The notes beneath the pieces are model-generated. The model was given only the letters and a program-made list of their open reading frames with translations. It was not told where the DNA came from and did not search any database. From Vicinamibacteria bacterium (GTDB lineage: Bacteria > Acidobacteriota > Vicinamibacteria > Vicinamibacterales > JAENWD01): a DNA stretch of 64,000 nucleotides. Each line of letters starts with the position of its first letter. Positions within the stretch are counted from its first letter, which is position 1. A program made the position numbers and the translations under genes. Location: assembly GCA_963828745.1 (NCBI GenBank), contig CAWHFZ010000012.1, positions 657,420 to 721,419 of the forward strand. The letters are read 5' to 3'. Below, one piece after another: positions 60,422 through 64,000 of the stretch.

Positions 60422-61858
60422 ATGATGTTTGAGACCGCCGGATATCAACTGCTTCCCGTATTGCCGGAAATCGTGCTGGCGATCGGCGCGATGGTATCGC
60501 TGATGATCGGGGCCTGGTGCGGCCAGCGTGTGGCTGGTCTCGTTACGGTCCTGGCGATGTGCTTTCTCGTCGCGGCCGGCGTGATTGAGTATCTGCTGCC
60601 GAAGGGCAAGCTGATCACGTTCGGTGGCAGCTTCATCGTCGATGATTTCGCGCGGTTCCTGAAGATCGTTGCTTTGGCCGGTTCGGCGGCGACGCTTATC
60701 CTCTCTCGCGAGTTTCTCGAAGACCACTCCCGGCGTATATTCGAGTTCGCGATTTTGGTAATGCTCTCGACGGTCGGCATGATGGTGCTGATTTCGGCGG
60801 GCGACCTAATTATGCTGTATCTCGGGCTCGAGTTGATGAGCCTCGCGCTTTACGTCGTGGCGGCGAGCAACCGTGACAACATCAGGTCAACCGAGGCGGG
60901 CTTGAAATACTTCGTTCTCGGCGCATTGGCGTCCGGAATGCTGCTGTATGGCGCTTCGCTGATCTATGGCTTCACGGGAACCGTCAGCTTTGCGGGCATC
61001 GCAGCAGCGGCCAAGACCGGCAACATTGGCATTGTATTCGGCATCGTGTTCCTGCTGGCGGGTCTCTGCTTCAAGGTATCGGCGGTGCCATTCCATATGT
61101 GGACGCCCGACGTTTATGAAGGCGCTCCGACGCCGGTCACGGCGTTCTTCGCCTCGGCGCCGAAGGTCGCGGCAATGGCGGTGTTTATCCGCGTGGTCCT
61201 GACGGCGTTTTCCGGCGTGGCATCCGAGTGGCAGCAGATCGTGGTGTTCGTGGCGATTGCGTCCATGGCGCTGGGTTCGTTCGGTGCGATCGGACAGCGC
61301 AACATCAAGCGCATGATGGCTTATTCGTCGATCGGCCATATGGGTTTTGCGTTGGTTGGTCTGGCCGCTGGCACCGTCGAGGGCGCGCAAGGTGTCGTGC
61401 TTTATCTGACCCTCTATGCCGCGATGACCTTCGGGGCATTTACCGTCATTCTTGCCATGAACCGTAATGGTCGGCCCCTGGAGCAGATCAGCGATTTCGC
61501 GGGGCTGTCGCGAACCAATCCGCTGCTGGCGTTCTTCTTTGCAATGCTGCTGTTCTCGCTGGCGGGAATTCCGCCGTTGGCCGGCTTCTTTGCCAAATTC
61601 TATGTCTTTACCGCTGCGATCAAGGCGGGCATGTTCACTCTGTCCGTGATCGGCGTCATCACTAGCGTGATCGGCGCGTTCTATTATCTCAACGTGATCA
61701 AGGTGATGTATTTCGACGAGCAGGCCGAAGCGACAGACGCCGTGCCGGTCGAATTGCGTGCGGTCGTGGCGGTGACTGCGCTCTTCAATATGCTGTTCTT
61801 CGCTTACCCGGGGCCGCTGGTCAGCGCCGCCACAGCGGCTGCAAAGTCATTATTCTAA
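60422..61858 (+). CDS. nuoN: NADH-quinone oxidoreductase subunit N
   Basis: ATG 60422 (MMFETAGYQLLPVLPEIVL). The ORF opens earlier, at 60341. Confidence 0.92.
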   Translation: MMFETAGYQLLPVLPEIVLAIGAMVSLMIGAWCGQRVAGLVTVLAMCFLVAAGVIEYLLPKGKLITFGGSFIVDDFARFLKIVALAGSAATLILSREFLEDHSRRIFEFAILVMLSTVGMMVLISAGDLIMLYLGLELMSLALYVVAASNRDNIRSTEAGLKYFVLGALASGMLLYGASLIYGFTGTVSFAGIAAAAKTGNIGIVFGIVFLLAGLCFKVSAVPFHMWTPDVYEGAPTPVTAFFASAPKVAAMAVFIRVVLTAFSGVASEWQQIVVFVAIASMALGSFGAIGQRNIKRMMAYSSIGHMGFALVGLAAGTVEGAQGVVLYLTLYAAMTFGAFTVILAMNRNGRPLEQISDFAGLSRTNPLLAFFFAMLLFSLAGIPPLAGFFAKFYVFTAAIKAGMFTLSVIGVITSVIGAFYYLNVIKVMYFDEQAEATDAVPVELRAVVAVTALFNMLFFAYPGPLVSAATAAAKSLF

Positions 61859-62671
61859 ATGACATTTTCGCTCGGTCCACGAGCCACATCGGCCGGCTAC
61901 CGGCTCGCTGCCTTCGACAGCATAGGCTCCACAAACGCTGAAGCGCTAATGCGTGCGCGGGCGGGCGAAACCGGCCCGATCTGGCTGGTAACGACGGAGC
62001 AGACCGCGGGACGGGGTCGCCGGCAGCGCGCCTGGGTTGCCCCCCGAGGCAATCTGGCCAGCAGCATTCTCGAAGTCATCGATACCTCACCCGCTGTGGC
62101 GGCAACCCTGAGCTTCGCAGCGGGACTTGCGCTCGAAGCCGCCCTGCAAACGGTCAGTCTAGAGGCGCGCATGAGGTCTCCAGGCTCGGAAAACGTGACA
62201 TTTCATTTGAAATGGCCGAATGACGTGCTGGCAGGCCGGAAGAAGCTCGCAGGAATTCTGCTGGAGGCCGAGACCGTCGCATATGGTCGTGTGGCAGTCG
62301 TCGTCGGCATCGGCACCAATGTCGTCGCTGCGCCCGAGGGAATGCCGCATCCGGCGGCCTCGCTACGAGATCTCGGCATTGACATCGGCGCCGAGGATTT
62401 GTTCCGCGCGCTGGCCGAGGCTTGGGTGGAATTTCGCGGAATCTGGGACAGAGGCCGTGGCTTTGGCGAAATCCGGCGTCTTTGGCTCAACCGGGCGGCG
62501 GGACTCGGCCAGCCCGTCTCTATTCAGTCCGGAGCGTCTGCGATATCAGGCCTCTTTGATACCATCGACGGCGACGGCTGTTTGATCGTTGCGACGTCCG
62601 ACGGCAAGCGGGTGCCTGTCTCCGCCGGTGATGTGTATTTCGGCGCGGCGGCATCGATCGGAGCAACGTGA
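61859..62671 (+). CDS. birA: biotin--[acetyl-CoA-carboxylase] ligase
   Basis: Contains GRGRRQRAW and KWPNDVL motifs. There is no N-terminal HTH (group I BirA). Confidence 0.9.
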   Translation: MTFSLGPRATSAGYRLAAFDSIGSTNAEALMRARAGETGPIWLVTTEQTAGRGRRQRAWVAPRGNLASSILEVIDTSPAVAATLSFAAGLALEAALQTVSLEARMRSPGSENVTFHLKWPNDVLAGRKKLAGILLEAETVAYGRVAVVVGIGTNVVAAPEGMPHPAASLRDLGIDIGAEDLFRALAEAWVEFRGIWDRGRGFGEIRRLWLNRAAGLGQPVSIQSGASAISGLFDTIDGDGCLIVATSDGKRVPVSAGDVYFGAAASIGAT

Positions 62672-64000
62672 TGGCGCGGCCTGATGAACTGACGTTCGCA
62701 CCGCTTGGGGGCGTGGGCGAGATCGGCATGAACCTGTCGATCTACGGGCTCGGCAACCGCCATCAGCGAAGCTGGCTGGCGGTCGATCTTGGCGTTTCCT
62801 TCGGCGACGAAGAGCATTTGCCGGGTATCGATCTCATCATGCCGGACATCCGGTTTCTTGAAATGGAACGGAAGAACCTCCTCGGTCTCGTGCTAACTCA
62901 CGCCCACGAGGACCACTTCGGCGCGATTATCGACTTGTGGCCGCGTCTGAAATGTCCAATCTACGCCACGAAATTCAGCGCCGCATTGTTCGAGGCCAAG
63001 TGCGCGGCGGAACGCAACCCGCCGGAAATTCCGGTGACCGTGGTGCCCTCGGGTGGCCGCATCGATGTTGGTCCGTTCAGCGTCGAATTTGTGCCGGTGG
63101 CACATTCGATTCCGGAATCTCATGCGCTGGCCATTCATACGGCGGCAGGCATCGTTTTGCATACCGGCGACTGGAAGATCGATCCGACTCCCATCATCGG
63201 GCCACCGACCACGAGCGCCGATTGCGCGAACTTGGTGATGAGGGTGTACTGGCGCTGATCGGCGATTCCACCAATGCGGTACGGGACGGGCGCTCGCCAT
63301 CCGAAAGCGAAGTTGCCAAAACCATCGCGGAATTGGTGAAGGCCGCGAAGGGTCGGGTCGCCGTGACGACGTTCGCATCCAATGTCGCGCGGCTGCGCGC
63401 CGTGGCCGATGCCGCGCGCGAGGCAGGGCGTGAGGTTGTGGTGGTCGGCCGCGCCATGGAACGCGTGGTGCAAGTCGCGCGCGAGACGGGGCATCTGGAC
63501 GGTGTGCAGAATTTCCGTAGCGCCGACGTCTATGGCCATCTTCCGGCGGACAAGGTGTTAGCCCTGTGCACGGGCAGCCAGGGCGAGCCGCGTGCGGCTC
63601 TGGCGCGTATCGCCAGGGATGATCATCCGCAAGTGACGCTGAACCGGGGCGACACCGTGATCTTTTCCTCACGCACCATCCCCGGCAACGAGAAAGCTGT
63701 CGGCGCGATCATCAATGGTCTGGTGACCCAGGGCATCGAGGTCATTACCGATCGCACCCAACTGGTTCATGTGTCCGGCCATCCGCGCCGCGACGAACTT
63801 CGGGACATGATCGCGTGGGTTCGCCCGCAGTTGCTGATCCCGGTGCATGGTGAGGCCTTGCATCTGTCCGAACATGCGCAGTTGGCGCGCGCCGCAGGCG
63901 TTCCAAAAGTCCTGATTTGCAAGAACGGCGATCTGGTCCGGCTTGGGCCAGGAGACCCCGGCATCATTGAAGAACTGCCGTCGGGGCGGCTTTACAAGGA
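62668..64000 (+). pseudogene. rnj: ribonuclease J (metallo-beta-lactamase/beta-CASP), frame broken at ~63200; 3' end outside the window
   Basis: LTHAHEDHFGA motif. ...KIDPTPIIGPPT|(D)HERRLRELGDEGVLALIGDSTNA... continues in another frame to the window edge. Confidence 0.88.

Overview
This 64-kb window comes from a high-GC alphaproteobacterial chromosome. Gene order and protein sequences look Bradyrhizobiaceae/Nitrobacteraceae-like; that is inference from memory, since no search was possible. About 90% is conserved housekeeping DNA. In order: rpoZ, spoT/rel, pdxJ, acpS, lepB, rnc, era, recO and parC; an RND efflux pair; arsC; mntH; bpt(ate); an RDD protein; hemB; a MarR/LdtR-like regulator; an AI-2E permease; glnA-glnB; nnr; a TAT-secreted multicopper-oxidase-like protein; tRNA-Leu; and tig-clpP-clpX-lon. 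After the insertion described next come a SAM methyltransferase, pepT, an HU-like protein, tRNA-Asp, a complete nuoA-N operon with two extra embedded ORFs, birA, and the 5' part of RNase J. The only clearly accessory DNA is a ~5.5-kb mosaic insertion at about 36076-41580, with visibly lower GC (by eye, not computed). It sits inside a split tRNA-Val gene. It holds a decayed H-NS-like gene, unknown decayed or small ORFs, rearranged IS3/IS407-like pieces, an IS110/IS1111-type element nested in the IS3 element, an integrase remnant, and its own intact tRNA-Val. The best candidate for a recently described type of system is the IS110/IS1111 element, which has a ~250-nt structured non-coding 3' tail (possible bridge/seek RNA). 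This copy is degenerate and the RNA call is unverified. I saw no CRISPR array, defence island or biosynthetic cluster. A second notable property is that about 12 conserved genes have broken reading frames (single-base indels, plus one in-frame TAG in clpX). These are labelled pseudogene as given, but assembly or consensus error is at least as likely as real decay. Start codons are approximate where noted. tRNAs, terminators and regulatory sites were called by manual inspection and folding only.
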